Assembly: GCA_035533215.1 (NCBI GenBank)
Contig: DATLUG010000028.1
Location: 75,243 to 139,242, forward strand
Reading direction: 5' to 3'
DNA from: Candidatus Micrarchaeia archaeon
GTDB taxonomy: Bacteria; Chloroflexota; Dormibacteria; Aeolococcales; Bog-877
Length of the DNA stretch: 64,000 nt
The translations under genes were made by a program, and so were the position numbers. Numbering within the stretch: position 1 is the first letter of the stretch; every line of letters begins with the position of its first letter. Positions 23,330 through 31,555 of this stretch are shown piece after piece. The notes beneath the pieces were generated by a model. That model saw nothing but the letters and a program-made list of their open reading frames with translations, was not told where the DNA came from and ran no database searches.

Positions 23330-24312
23330 GTGTTCCGGTCGAGCGCCCGCGCCGGTTGCGGCGCACCGAGGCGCTGCGCCGGCTGGCCCGGGAGACCCGG
23401 CTGACGGTGGACGACCTCATCCTGCCGCTCTTCGTCGCCGAGGCGATCGACCAGCCCCGCCCGATCGTGGCGATGCCGGGCGTGGTCCAGGAGACCGAGC
23501 GCACCGTCGTCGACCGCGCCGCGGAGGCGATGGAACTGGGGCTGCCGGCGGTGGTCCTCTTCGGGGTGCCGGCGGGCAAGGACGCCGCCGGCAGCACCGC
23601 GTGGCAGCGGGACGGCATCGTCCAGCGCGCCTGCGCCGCCATCCGCGAACGCGTCGGCGACCGTCTCCTGGTCATCGCCGACACCTGTCTCGACGCGTAC
23701 ACCGACCACGGCCACTGCGGGGTGCTCGGCGGCGACGGCCAGGTGGACAACGACGCCACCCTGGAGGCCTACGTCCGCACCGCGGTGAGCCAGGCCGCGG
23801 CCGGGGCCGACGTGGTGGCCCCCTCCGGGATGATGGACGGGCAGGTGGCCGCGATCCGCGAGGGCCTCGACGCCGAGGGGCACCCGGACACCCTCGTCCT
23901 CGCCTACGCGGCCAAGTTCGCATCCGCCCTGTACGGTCCCTTCCGCGAGGCGGCCGGGTCCACCCCCCGCGTCGGCGACCGCCGCGGCTACCAGCTCGAT
24001 GTCGGCAACCGGCGGGAGGCGGTGCGCGAGGTGGAGCTGGACTGTGCCGAGGGCGCTGACATGGTGATGGTGAAGCCGGCGCTCACCTCCCTCGACGTCC
24101 TCGCCGAGGTGCGCGGCGTGGTCGACCGCCCCCTGGGCGCCTTCTGCGTCAGCGGCGAGTACGCGATGCTGCGGGCGGCGGGCGCGGCCGGCTCCCTCGA
24201 CGAGGCGGAGGCGACGATGGAGGTCCACCTCGCCATCCGGCGCGCCGGTGCGGACTTCATCTGCACCTACCACGCGCTGGAGCTCGGCCGCCGCCTCTGT
24301 GGGCGAGGATGA
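23326..24312 (+). CDS. hemB: Porphobilinogen synthase (delta-aminolevulinic acid dehydratase)
   Basis: RPRRLRRTEALRRLARETRL...DDLILPLFV...DTCLDAYTDHGHCG...APSGMMDGQVAAIR...YAAKFASALYGPFREA...MVMVKPA. The GTG start overlaps the hemD stop (GTGA). Confidence 0.95.
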   Translation: MSVPVERPRRLRRTEALRRLARETRLTVDDLILPLFVAEAIDQPRPIVAMPGVVQETERTVVDRAAEAMELGLPAVVLFGVPAGKDAAGSTAWQRDGIVQRACAAIRERVGDRLLVIADTCLDAYTDHGHCGVLGGDGQVDNDATLEAYVRTAVSQAAAGADVVAPSGMMDGQVAAIREGLDAEGHPDTLVLAYAAKFASALYGPFREAAGSTPRVGDRRGYQLDVGNRREAVREVELDCAEGADMVMVKPALTSLDVLAEVRGVVDRPLGAFCVSGEYAMLRAAGAAGSLDEAEATMEVHLAIRRAGADFICTYHALELGRRLCGRG

Positions 24313-25040
24313 GGGCGGCGGGGACGGGCCTGCCGGCGGCGCCGGCCACCCCGCGGGCCCGGCGCGCCCTGGCGGCGGGGACGGCGCTGGTGGCGCTGGC
24401 GGCCGCGGCCGGGTACGGGATCAACGCCATCGCCTCGCGTCCGGCGCCGGTGGTTCGGCCGCTGGCGGTGCAGACCGCGGCCTGCGCGCGAGCCCACTTC
24501 GGGCCGGTGCTGCGGCCGCTCGGCGCGCCGCCGTCGCTGCACCGCTATCGCCGCGCCCCCGCCATGACCATCGACGTGGCCCGGCTCTACCAGGCCACCA
24601 TCGCCGGGCCGGCGGGCCGCTTCAGCGTCTGTCTGGTGCCCGGCTGGGCGCCCCACACCGTCAATGTCTTCGTCACCCTGGCCCGCAACCGCTTCTTCGA
24701 CGGGCTGCGCTGGGTGCGCGATCCCACCACCGCTCCGGGGGGGCCGGTGATCCAGGGGGGCAGTCCCACCGACACCGCCAGCGGGGGCCCTGGCTTCGCG
24801 TTCCCCGACGAGACCGTCCGCGGCCCCCTCTACGGCCACGGCCACTACCTGCCCGGCGCGGTGGCGATGGCCAACAGCGGTCCCAACACCAATGGGAGCC
24901 AGTTCTTCGTGACCCTGCGGCCGTTCACCCTGCCGCCCAGCTACAACCTCTTCGGCACGGTGACCCAGGGCCTCGCGGTGGCCCGACGGGTGCGCAAGGG
25001 CCAGCGGATGACGGTGACCGTGCGCGAGGCGCGCTCCTGA
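24309..25040 (+). CDS. Cyclophilin-type peptidyl-prolyl cis-trans isomerase with N-terminal signal/anchor
   Basis: FFDGLRW...VIQGG...GPGFAFPDE...GAVAMANSGPNTNGSQFFV. The ATG overlaps the hemB stop (ATGA). The N-terminus RARRALAAGTALVALAAAAG looks like an export or anchor signal. Confidence 0.85.
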   Translation: MRAAGTGLPAAPATPRARRALAAGTALVALAAAAGYGINAIASRPAPVVRPLAVQTAACARAHFGPVLRPLGAPPSLHRYRRAPAMTIDVARLYQATIAGPAGRFSVCLVPGWAPHTVNVFVTLARNRFFDGLRWVRDPTTAPGGPVIQGGSPTDTASGGPGFAFPDETVRGPLYGHGHYLPGAVAMANSGPNTNGSQFFVTLRPFTLPPSYNLFGTVTQGLAVARRVRKGQRMTVTVREARS

Positions 25041-26425
25041 CCGCCTCCCCGCCACCCGCTGCCGGGGCCTCGAGGACCGACCCCGGCGCGGGTCGGCGCT
25101 CGGCGGCGGCCTTCGAACGGGCCCGGTCCGTCATCCCCGGGGGGGTGAACAGCCCGGTGCGCGCGTTCTCGGCGGTGGGCGGCACCCCGCCGTTCCTGGC
25201 CGCGGGCGACGGCTGCCGGCTCCGCGACATCGACGGGCGCGGCTACGTCGACTGCGTTGGCGCCTACGGCCCCCTCATCCTCGGCCACCGCGAGCCCGCG
25301 GTGGTGCGCCGGCTGCAGGCGCAGCTGGAGCTGGGGACCGCCTTCGGCGGTCCCACCCTGGCCGAGACCGAGCTGGCGGCGCGGATCGTGGCGGCCCTCC
25401 CGGGGGTGGAGATGGTGCGCCTGGTGAGCAGCGGCACCGAGGCGGCGATGAGCGCGGTGCGCCTGGCCCGCGCCGCCACCGGCCGGGACCGGATCATGAA
25501 GTTCGACGGCGGCTACCACGGCCACAGCGACGCCCTCCTGGCCCAGGCCGGCTCCGGGGTGGCGACGCTGGGGATCCCCGGGTCCCCCGGCGTCCCCGCG
25601 GCGACCGTCGCCGACACCCTGGTCCTCCCGTACAACGACCTCGACCGGGCCCTCGGGGTGTTCGCCCGCGAGGGGGAGCGGATCGCGGCGGTCCTGGTGG
25701 AGCCGATCGCCGGCAACATGGGGGTGGTGCCGCCGGCGCCCGGCTTCCTGGAGGGGCTGCGCCGGGCGGCCAGCGCCTTCGGGGCGCTGCTCGTCTTCGA
25801 CGAGGTGATCACGGGGTTCCGGGTCGGTCCGGCCGGGGCGCAGGGGCTGCTGGGGGTCCTTCCCGACCTCACCTGCCTCGGCAAGGTGATCGGCGGGGGA
25901 CTGCCGATCGGCGCCTACGGCGGCCCGCGCCACCTGATGGAGCGGATCGCGCCCGCGGGGCCCGTCTACCAGGCCGGCACCCTCAGCGGCAACCCGCTGG
26001 CGGTGGCGGCGGGCCTGGCCACCCTGGAGCGGCTGGCGGCGCTCGACGACCCCTACGCGCGCCTGGAGGCGCTGGGGGCCCGACTCGCCCGGGGCCTGGA
26101 GGGCGCCGCCGGAGCCGCCGGGGTGCCGCTCACGGTCAACCGGGTCGGCTCGATGCTGACCCCGTTCTTCGCGGCCGGTCCGGTGCGGGACCATGCCGAG
26201 GCGCGGGCCAGTGACCGGGAGCGGTTCGCCGCCGTCCACCGTGGCTGGCTCCGGGGCGGGGTGTACTGGCCGCCCTCACCGTTCGAGGCCGGGTTCGTGT
26301 CCCTGGCCCACGACGAGGCGGCCATCGACGAGGTGACCCGTGCGTTCGCGGGGGCGCTGGCGGACGCCGCTGCGCCGGGGGATCGCGGAAAGGGCGGTGC
26401 TATACTCGCGCCGAGCGATCGCTGA
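25037..26425 (+). CDS. hemL: Glutamate-1-semialdehyde 2,1-aminomutase (start inferred as CTG overlapping the upstream stop)
   Basis: AAFERARSVIPGGVNSPVRAFSAVGG...SSGTEAAMSAVRLAR...FDEVITGFR...LGKVIGGGLP. No in-frame ATG, GTG or TTG exists between the conserved N-terminal motif and a point well inside the cyclophilin gene. Confidence 0.85.
   Translation: MTASPPPAAGASRTDPGAGRRSAAAFERARSVIPGGVNSPVRAFSAVGGTPPFLAAGDGCRLRDIDGRGYVDCVGAYGPLILGHREPAVVRRLQAQLELGTAFGGPTLAETELAARIVAALPGVEMVRLVSSGTEAAMSAVRLARAATGRDRIMKFDGGYHGHSDALLAQAGSGVATLGIPGSPGVPAATVADTLVLPYNDLDRALGVFAREGERIAAVLVEPIAGNMGVVPPAPGFLEGLRRAASAFGALLVFDEVITGFRVGPAGAQGLLGVLPDLTCLGKVIGGGLPIGAYGGPRHLMERIAPAGPVYQAGTLSGNPLAVAAGLATLERLAALDDPYARLEALGARLARGLEGAAGAAGVPLTVNRVGSMLTPFFAAGPVRDHAEARASDRERFAAVHRGWLRGGVYWPPSPFEAGFVSLAHDEAAIDEVTRAFAGALADAAAPGDRGKGGAILAPSDR
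26398..26406 (+). promoter_or_regulatory. Candidate extended -10 promoter (TGCTATACT) for tatA, inside the hemL 3' end
   Basis: Read directly from the sequence, about 30 nt upstream of the tatA ATG, with GAGGGG as the SD. Confidence 0.35.
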
Positions 26426-26436
26426 GGGGAACGACC

Positions 26437-26721
26437 ATGGTGTCTCCGTCTCACATCCTGCTGCTCGGCCTGCTGATCCTGCTGGCGCTGGTGGTCTTCG
26501 GTCCCAAGCGGCTCCCCGAGCTGGGCGGCAGCATCGGGCGAGCGATCCAGGAGTTCCGGCGGGCCTCCACCCAGGCGGTCACGGAGATACGGGCCCACAC
26601 CGACCCTTCCGGGCCGGCCCCGCCGCCGACGGTGCCGCCCTCCCCCCCGGTCGCGGCCGCGCCGGCCGAGCCGGAGCCGATCGAGACCGGCTCGCGCAGC
26701 GGCGACGCCCCCGGTCGCTGA
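26437..26721 (+). CDS. tatA: Twin-arginine translocase subunit TatA/E
   Basis: The TatA TM segment plus amphipathic helix signature reads HILLLGLLILLALVVFGPKRLPELGGSIGRAIQEFRRA. Confidence 0.85.
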   Translation: MVSPSHILLLGLLILLALVVFGPKRLPELGGSIGRAIQEFRRASTQAVTEIRAHTDPSGPAPPPTVPPSPPVAAAPAEPEPIETGSRSGDAPGR

Positions 26722-26742
26722 TCGGGACCACTCGCGTCGGCC

Positions 26743-27543
26743 GTGACCACCCAGCCGGTGGGTGAGGCGCTCGCGCCGGGGCCGTTCGGCGCCGCGTCCG
26801 ACCCGGCCGACGACGCCCCCCGCCTCACCCTGGTCGAGCACCTCGAGGACCTGCGCCGGGTGGTGATCGTCTGCCTGGTCGCCTGGGCGGCGGCGAGCGC
26901 GCTGGCGTTCGTGTTCAACCACGCCATCATCGCCGTCTTGGAGCGGCCGCTCCACCTCGCGCTCGTCCATCGCCAGCGCGCGCCCTTCGGCACCACGGTG
27001 GTCGTCACCAGCCCCATCGAGGGGCTCTCCATCCCCTTCAAGGTCGCCGCCGCCGCCGGCCTGATCGCATCCCTGCCGGTGGTCGTCTGGCAGCTCTGGA
27101 CGTTCGTCGCCCCCGGGCTGCGCCCCAGCGAGCGCCGCCTGGCCGGCCCCTTCATCGCCGCCAGCCTGCTCTGCTTCGCCCTCGGCGCCGCCTTCGCCTA
27201 CTTCGTCATGCCCGTGGGGCTCAGCTTCCTCGCCACCTTCCTCGGCACCAACGCCGTCTACCTGCCCGACCTCGCCAGCTATCTCAGCTTCTTCGTCCTG
27301 GTCATCGTCATCTTCGGAGTCGCCTTCGAGATGCCGGTGGTGCTGAGCCTCCTGGGCGCGCTCGGCATCGTCAGCAGCAAGCGGCTCCGACGCTGGCGGC
27401 GTCCCGCGTACTTCATCATCGTCGCCGCCGCGCTGGTGATCACCCCCGGCGCCGATCCCTTCACCCCGACCTTCCTCTCGGTGGCGCTGCTGTGCCTGTA
27501 CGAGGCGAGCGTGCTGGTCGTCCGCTACCCGCTCGGTCGATGA
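26743..27543 (+). CDS. tatC: Twin-arginine translocase subunit TatC
   Basis: LTLVEHLEDLRRVVI, six hydrophobic segments, FVAPGL...ER and ITPGADPFT. Confidence 0.9.
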   Translation: MTTQPVGEALAPGPFGAASDPADDAPRLTLVEHLEDLRRVVIVCLVAWAAASALAFVFNHAIIAVLERPLHLALVHRQRAPFGTTVVVTSPIEGLSIPFKVAAAAGLIASLPVVVWQLWTFVAPGLRPSERRLAGPFIAASLLCFALGAAFAYFVMPVGLSFLATFLGTNAVYLPDLASYLSFFVLVIVIFGVAFEMPVVLSLLGALGIVSSKRLRRWRRPAYFIIVAAALVITPGADPFTPTFLSVALLCLYEASVLVVRYPLGR

Positions 27544-28325
27544 GGGGGCCCAGCGCGTCGGCGCCCGGCCGCTCCCCCGACGGCGCCGACCACGAGCACC
27601 CAGAGGGCCGCGCCGACGGCCGTGCCGACGACGCGTTGCGGCCGGTCACCATCCGGGCCGGCGTCAGCGCCAACGCGGAGGGATCGGCCTTGATCCAGGT
27701 GGGCGGCACCAGGGTGCTGTGCACCGCCAGCATCGAGGACCGGGTCCCGGCCCACCGCCGCGGCAGCGGCGGCGGCTGGGTCACCGCCGAGTACGCCATG
27801 CTGCCGCGGTCGACGGTGGAGCGCACCCCCCGGGATCGGGGCGGCTACCAGGGCGCGCGCAGTCAGGAGATCCAGCGTCTGATCGGCCGTGCGCTGCGGG
27901 CGTCGGTCGACCTCGCCGCCCTGGGCGCGCGCACCGTGATCGTCGACTGCGACGTGCTGGAGGCCGATGGCGGGACCCGGGTGGCGGCGGTGACGGGAGG
28001 CTGGGTGGCGCTGCACGGGGCCTGCCGCCGCCTCCGCGCGGCCCGGCTGGTCCGCCGCGACCCCATCCGCAGGCAGGTCGCCGCGGTCAGCTCGGGGGTG
28101 GTGGCAGGGCGCCCCCTGCTCGACCTCGACTACCGCGAGGACGTCATCGCCACCACCGACATGAACTGCGTCGGCACCGACGACGGCCGCCTGGTGGAGG
28201 TGCAGGGAACGGCCGAGGGCGAGCCGTTCAGTCGGACCGAGCTCGAGCGCCTCCTCACCCTGGCCCAGGCTGGCATCGTCGCCCTCGCAGGGGTCCAGCG
28301 GGAGGCCCTGGCGGAGGCCCCCTGA
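27540..28325 (+). CDS. rph: Ribonuclease PH
   Basis: RADGRADDALRPVTI...AEGSALIQVGGTRVLCTAS...GWVTAEYAMLPRST...RSQEIQRLIGRALR...DCDVLEADGGTR. The ATG overlaps the tatC stop (ATGA). Confidence 0.9.
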   Translation: MRGPSASAPGRSPDGADHEHPEGRADGRADDALRPVTIRAGVSANAEGSALIQVGGTRVLCTASIEDRVPAHRRGSGGGWVTAEYAMLPRSTVERTPRDRGGYQGARSQEIQRLIGRALRASVDLAALGARTVIVDCDVLEADGGTRVAAVTGGWVALHGACRRLRAARLVRRDPIRRQVAAVSSGVVAGRPLLDLDYREDVIATTDMNCVGTDDGRLVEVQGTAEGEPFSRTELERLLTLAQAGIVALAGVQREALAEAP

Positions 28326-28366
28326 CCGGCCGGGTCCCCGCCCGCCCGGGGACCGGGAGCCGGGTC

Positions 28367-29047
28367 GTGCTGGCGACCCGCAACGCCGGCAAGCTCGCTG
28401 AGTTCGGTCGCCTGCTGGCGCCCGCCGGCTGGGAGCTGGCCGGCCTCGACCAGACCGCGGGGGGGGCGTCGGTGACCTGGGAGGAGGACGGACCCGACTA
28501 TCCCAGCAACGCCGCGATCAAGGCCCGCGCGGTGGCGGGCGCGCTGGGCGCCTTGGCCCTCGGCGACGACAGCGGCATCGAGGTCCCCAGCCTCGGCGGC
28601 TGGCCCGGGCTCCGCTCGGCACGGTGGCTGGGGCCCGCCGCCGACGATGCCGACCGGCTCCGCGGGCTGCTGCGGCGCCTGGCCCCGCTCGCCGCCGAGG
28701 ACCGCCGGGCCGTGTTCGTGTGCGCATTGGCGCTGGCCGCGCCCGACCGGCGTGGGGGGGCGGTCCTGCTGGCCCGGGTGGAGGCGCGCGCCGAGGGCCT
28801 GGTGCTCGCCGAGCGGCGCGGCGCCGGCGGATTCGGCTACGACCCGGTCTTCGTCCCCAGCGGCGAGCGGAGGACCACCGCGGAGATGGGGGCGGCCGAG
28901 AAGGACCGCGTGAGCCACAGGGGGCGGGCGGTGGGGCTGCTGCTGGCGGCGCTCGCCGCCTCGGTCGCGCCCGTCCCGGGGGGCGACCGGAGGCGGGCCC
29001 CCGGGCCCGAGCCCGGGGACCCGCCCGCTGGTCAGGTCGGGGGGTAG
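28367..29047 (+). CDS. rdgB: dITP/XTP pyrophosphatase (RdgB/HAM1 family)
   Basis: VLATRNAGKLAEF...LGDDSGIEV...GLRSAR...FGYDPVF...EMGAAEKDRVSHRGRA. The alternative start is CTG 28322, which overlaps the rph stop (CTGA). Confidence 0.85.
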   Translation: MLATRNAGKLAEFGRLLAPAGWELAGLDQTAGGASVTWEEDGPDYPSNAAIKARAVAGALGALALGDDSGIEVPSLGGWPGLRSARWLGPAADDADRLRGLLRRLAPLAAEDRRAVFVCALALAAPDRRGGAVLLARVEARAEGLVLAERRGAGGFGYDPVFVPSGERRTTAEMGAAEKDRVSHRGRAVGLLLAALAASVAPVPGGDRRRAPGPEPGDPPAGQVGG

Positions 29048-29277
29048 GCGGCGGCGGCGGCGGCGGTGCCGCCGCCCCCTGCCGCCGGGCAGCGGTGGGT
29101 CGACGACGGGGTGGCGGAGGGGGTGGGCGTGACGGTGACCGCGGTCGCGCGGGCGAGCGGCGCCGGCTGGGTGGCCGCGGCCACGGTGGCGATCGACAGC
29201 CCGGCGCCCACTCCGACGGCGGCGAGGCCGGCCGCCAGGGCGATCGCCAGGGGGTGGTGTCGGATTCGGTCTCTCAC
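29032..29277 (-). CDS. Small (81 aa) predicted exported/membrane protein
   Basis: AAGGAG lies 8 nt upstream of the GTG at 29277. The N-terminal hydrophobic segment is HPLAIALAAGLAAVGVGAGLSIATVAAA. No homology recognised. Confidence 0.4.
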   Translation of the reverse strand: MRDRIRHHPLAIALAAGLAAVGVGAGLSIATVAAATQPAPLARATAVTVTPTPSATPSSTHRCPAAGGGGTAAAAAAYPPT

Positions 29278-29575
29278 GTGGGCTGCTCCTTGCAGGTGGG
29301 ACGGGGGAGGGATCGCCTCCCCCGCCCGATCGGAATGGTCGTGGAGTGCGGTGTGTCGAGGCCGGGCGAGCGGTGGGAGGCGGTGATCGGGCGCCCGTTC
29401 CCCCGGCGCGGTTGACGTCCATGCCCCGATGGTGACCGGGTCCCATTCCGCTGCGGTGAGGGGGCGGTGTGGCGGTTCACACCGCGCCAGCCGGGGCGGC
29501 CTCCGCTCGGACCGGGGTCCACCAGCCCTCTGCTAGGCTGGTGCCGCCGGAGCGGCCACGGTGGCCGCCATGTGG

Positions 29576-29647
29576 CGGGGCGTGGCGCAGCGGTAGCGCA
29601 CCTGCTTTGGGAGCAGGGGGTCCCCGGTTCGATCCCGGGCGCCCCGA
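29576..29647 (+). tRNA. tRNA-Pro (anticodon UGG)
   Basis: Manual cloverleaf: acceptor CGGGGCG/CGCCCCG (C1-G72), D arm GCGC-AGCGGTA-GCGC, anticodon arm CCTGC-TTTGGGA-GCAGG, variable loop GGGTC, T arm CCCGG-TTCGATC-CCGGG, discriminator A. CCA is not encoded. Confidence 0.9.
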
Positions 29648-30513
29648 CCCGCCGCAGGCGCCGGGGGGCGTGCGGATGGCGCCGCCGAGAGCGCAAGCGC
29701 GCGGATGCCGTCTGCCCTCGGCGCCTGGCGAGCATCCCAGCGGAGACGTGCGAATCGCGAGGGCCGCCCTGGAGGCGGTGTGGAGCGTCCCTTCCTTCAT
29801 GCACCCTTCGGGTTCTGTGAGCCGGCCGGTTGGTCGGTCACGTGGTCGGTGCCGCAGCCAGCCTCGGCTTCGGTGGGTGGGACGCCACCGCAGCCTCGTC
29901 CCCGCCCGACGAACGTCTCCTGAACCGCGGCGCCACCGACGCCCGGGTGCCGACCGAGCCATGCGCCCATGGACGGGCAGCAGGTCCTCGAGGAGGCGCC
30001 GGAGGATCGAGGTCGCCCCCCCCGATGGTGGAGGCCTCGGCTGCGAGGAGGAGGTGTGGCCGAGATGCGCACGACGTACGACGGGAGTCCGGGCGGGGAC
30101 GGTTGCGGTCGTTGAGGGAGGCGGGGAAGCGGCTCGTGCCCGTGCCGAGGGAAACGGGGATGGAGTGGTCCCGGTGAGGGCTCCGCCAGGCGGGGTTGCG
30201 GACGGCGACCGCCCCACCTCCCTCTGGCTGGGCTGGTCGTCGAGCTCGGTAGGAGGATCAGCATGCGCGCGCCGTCGCCGACCAGCAGATCGCCCGCGCC
30301 CCCCAGGTGCCGCGGGTCGAGGACCGCGCCGTCGGTCCCAACCGCCCCGACCGAGCGGATCGTGGTGGGGAGTCTCGTCCTCGTGCCGGGCTCATTCCAG
30401 GCCGTTTCACGCTGGGTCCGAAAATGGACGGATCGGCCGCGCCGGGCTCGATGCCGGCGGATATCGCATGCACCGGTGAGGCCCGCTTGCCGTCCGGACG
30501 GCACGCGGGTTGG

Positions 30514-30774
30514 ATGGTTCGCCGGAAGACCACCGTGACGATCGACGAGGAGCTCCAGCGCCTGGCCAAGGTGGCGGCGGCGCGCTCGGGCCGGCGCGGG
30601 TACGAGGTCTTCGAGGAGGCGCTCCGCCAGCCCCTGTCCCTGGACGTCCTCGATCGGGTGTGGGCCCGGTCCGCTGACGATCCCATCGATGACGATGCAG
30701 CCATGACCCTGGCCCGGCGGGCCCCGGCTGAGGTTCGGGCCCGGGGGCGGGCTCGTTCGGCTTCTCACAGCTGA
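30514..30774 (+). CDS. Ribbon-helix-helix (CopG/VapB-like) antitoxin
   Basis: MVRRKTTVTIDEELQRLAKVAAARSGRRGYEVFEEAL is an RHH beta-strand followed by helices. The stop is 3 nt before the PIN gene start. Confidence 0.7.
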   Translation: MVRRKTTVTIDEELQRLAKVAAARSGRRGYEVFEEALRQPLSLDVLDRVWARSADDPIDDDAAMTLARRAPAEVRARGRARSASHS

Positions 30775-30777
30775 CGC

Positions 30778-31278
30778 GTGCCGACCTGTCGGCGGGTGGT
30801 GCTCGACCGCAACGTTCTGGTGTCCGCCGCGATCCGTCCCCACGGATCGTCGGCTCGATTGGTCCGCGCGGTGCGCTCCGGGCAGCTCCAGCTCGTGGTG
30901 TGCTGGTGCCCGCTCGACGCGCTCGCCGCGGTGCGGCTGGAGTCGCGCTTCCGGCGATGGCACGCGGCGCTGGCGGTGGTCGAGGACGTCGAGGTCCTCG
31001 CCACCGTCGCGGTGATGCGTGCCGACCCCGCCATGCCTGCGCCTTGGTGCGGTGACCCAGACGACGACGATCTGATCGCGCTGGCGGCGCCGGCGGGCGC
31101 GGTGCTGGTGACCGGCGACCGCGACCTACTGGTGCTCGACGGGGAGTCCCCACCCGTCCGCTCGCCGGGTGCGCTGGTGGACACGCGCCAATCACCGCCG
31201 ACCGTGGAGGGTGCCGTACCTCCGCCGCTGCGCGGAGCCTTCGTGCCCGGACGGGGCGAGCCGCGGCGAGCACGGTGA
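30778..31278 (+). CDS. PIN-domain toxin (VapC-like / TIGR00305-like)
   Basis: The acidic residue pattern of PIN domains is present: VVLDRNVLVSA, GDPDDDDLIALA and VLVTGDRDLL. Confidence 0.75.
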   Translation: MPTCRRVVLDRNVLVSAAIRPHGSSARLVRAVRSGQLQLVVCWCPLDALAAVRLESRFRRWHAALAVVEDVEVLATVAVMRADPAMPAPWCGDPDDDDLIALAAPAGAVLVTGDRDLLVLDGESPPVRSPGALVDTRQSPPTVEGAVPPPLRGAFVPGRGEPRRAR

Positions 31279-31555
31279 GGAGCCGGCTCCGGTCGCTCGG
31301 TGGAGGCGCCCAGGCCGGCGGGCGCTGGCCACGATCCAAGCCGTGGAGCCAGGATGAGCCATGCCACCCCCGTGACCCGAGGGCGGCGGCGTCGCTGCGC
31401 CGCCGCCGCCAGGGCTGCGTTTCGGTGCTCTCCCCTCAGGCCTTGGGCTCGGTGCGCACGGGGGCCAGCCCTCGCGGTCGACGCATGCGGAGCATCGCCA
31501 GCACGGCACCCAGCACCAGGATCGTGGCTCCCCAGGCCGTCGCGACCGCGTAGCC

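Noticed and set aside
29278-29575. Structured ncRNA or promoter upstream of tRNA-Pro (hairpins GGGGGAGG-GATCG-CCTCCCCC at about 29303 and GGCGGTGTG…CACACCGC at about 29463; TTGACG at 29412)
   Set aside because: The hairpins are plausible, but I could not match them to any known RNA family or pair the TTGACG with a -10 element at proper spacing. Evidence is insufficient for a feature call.
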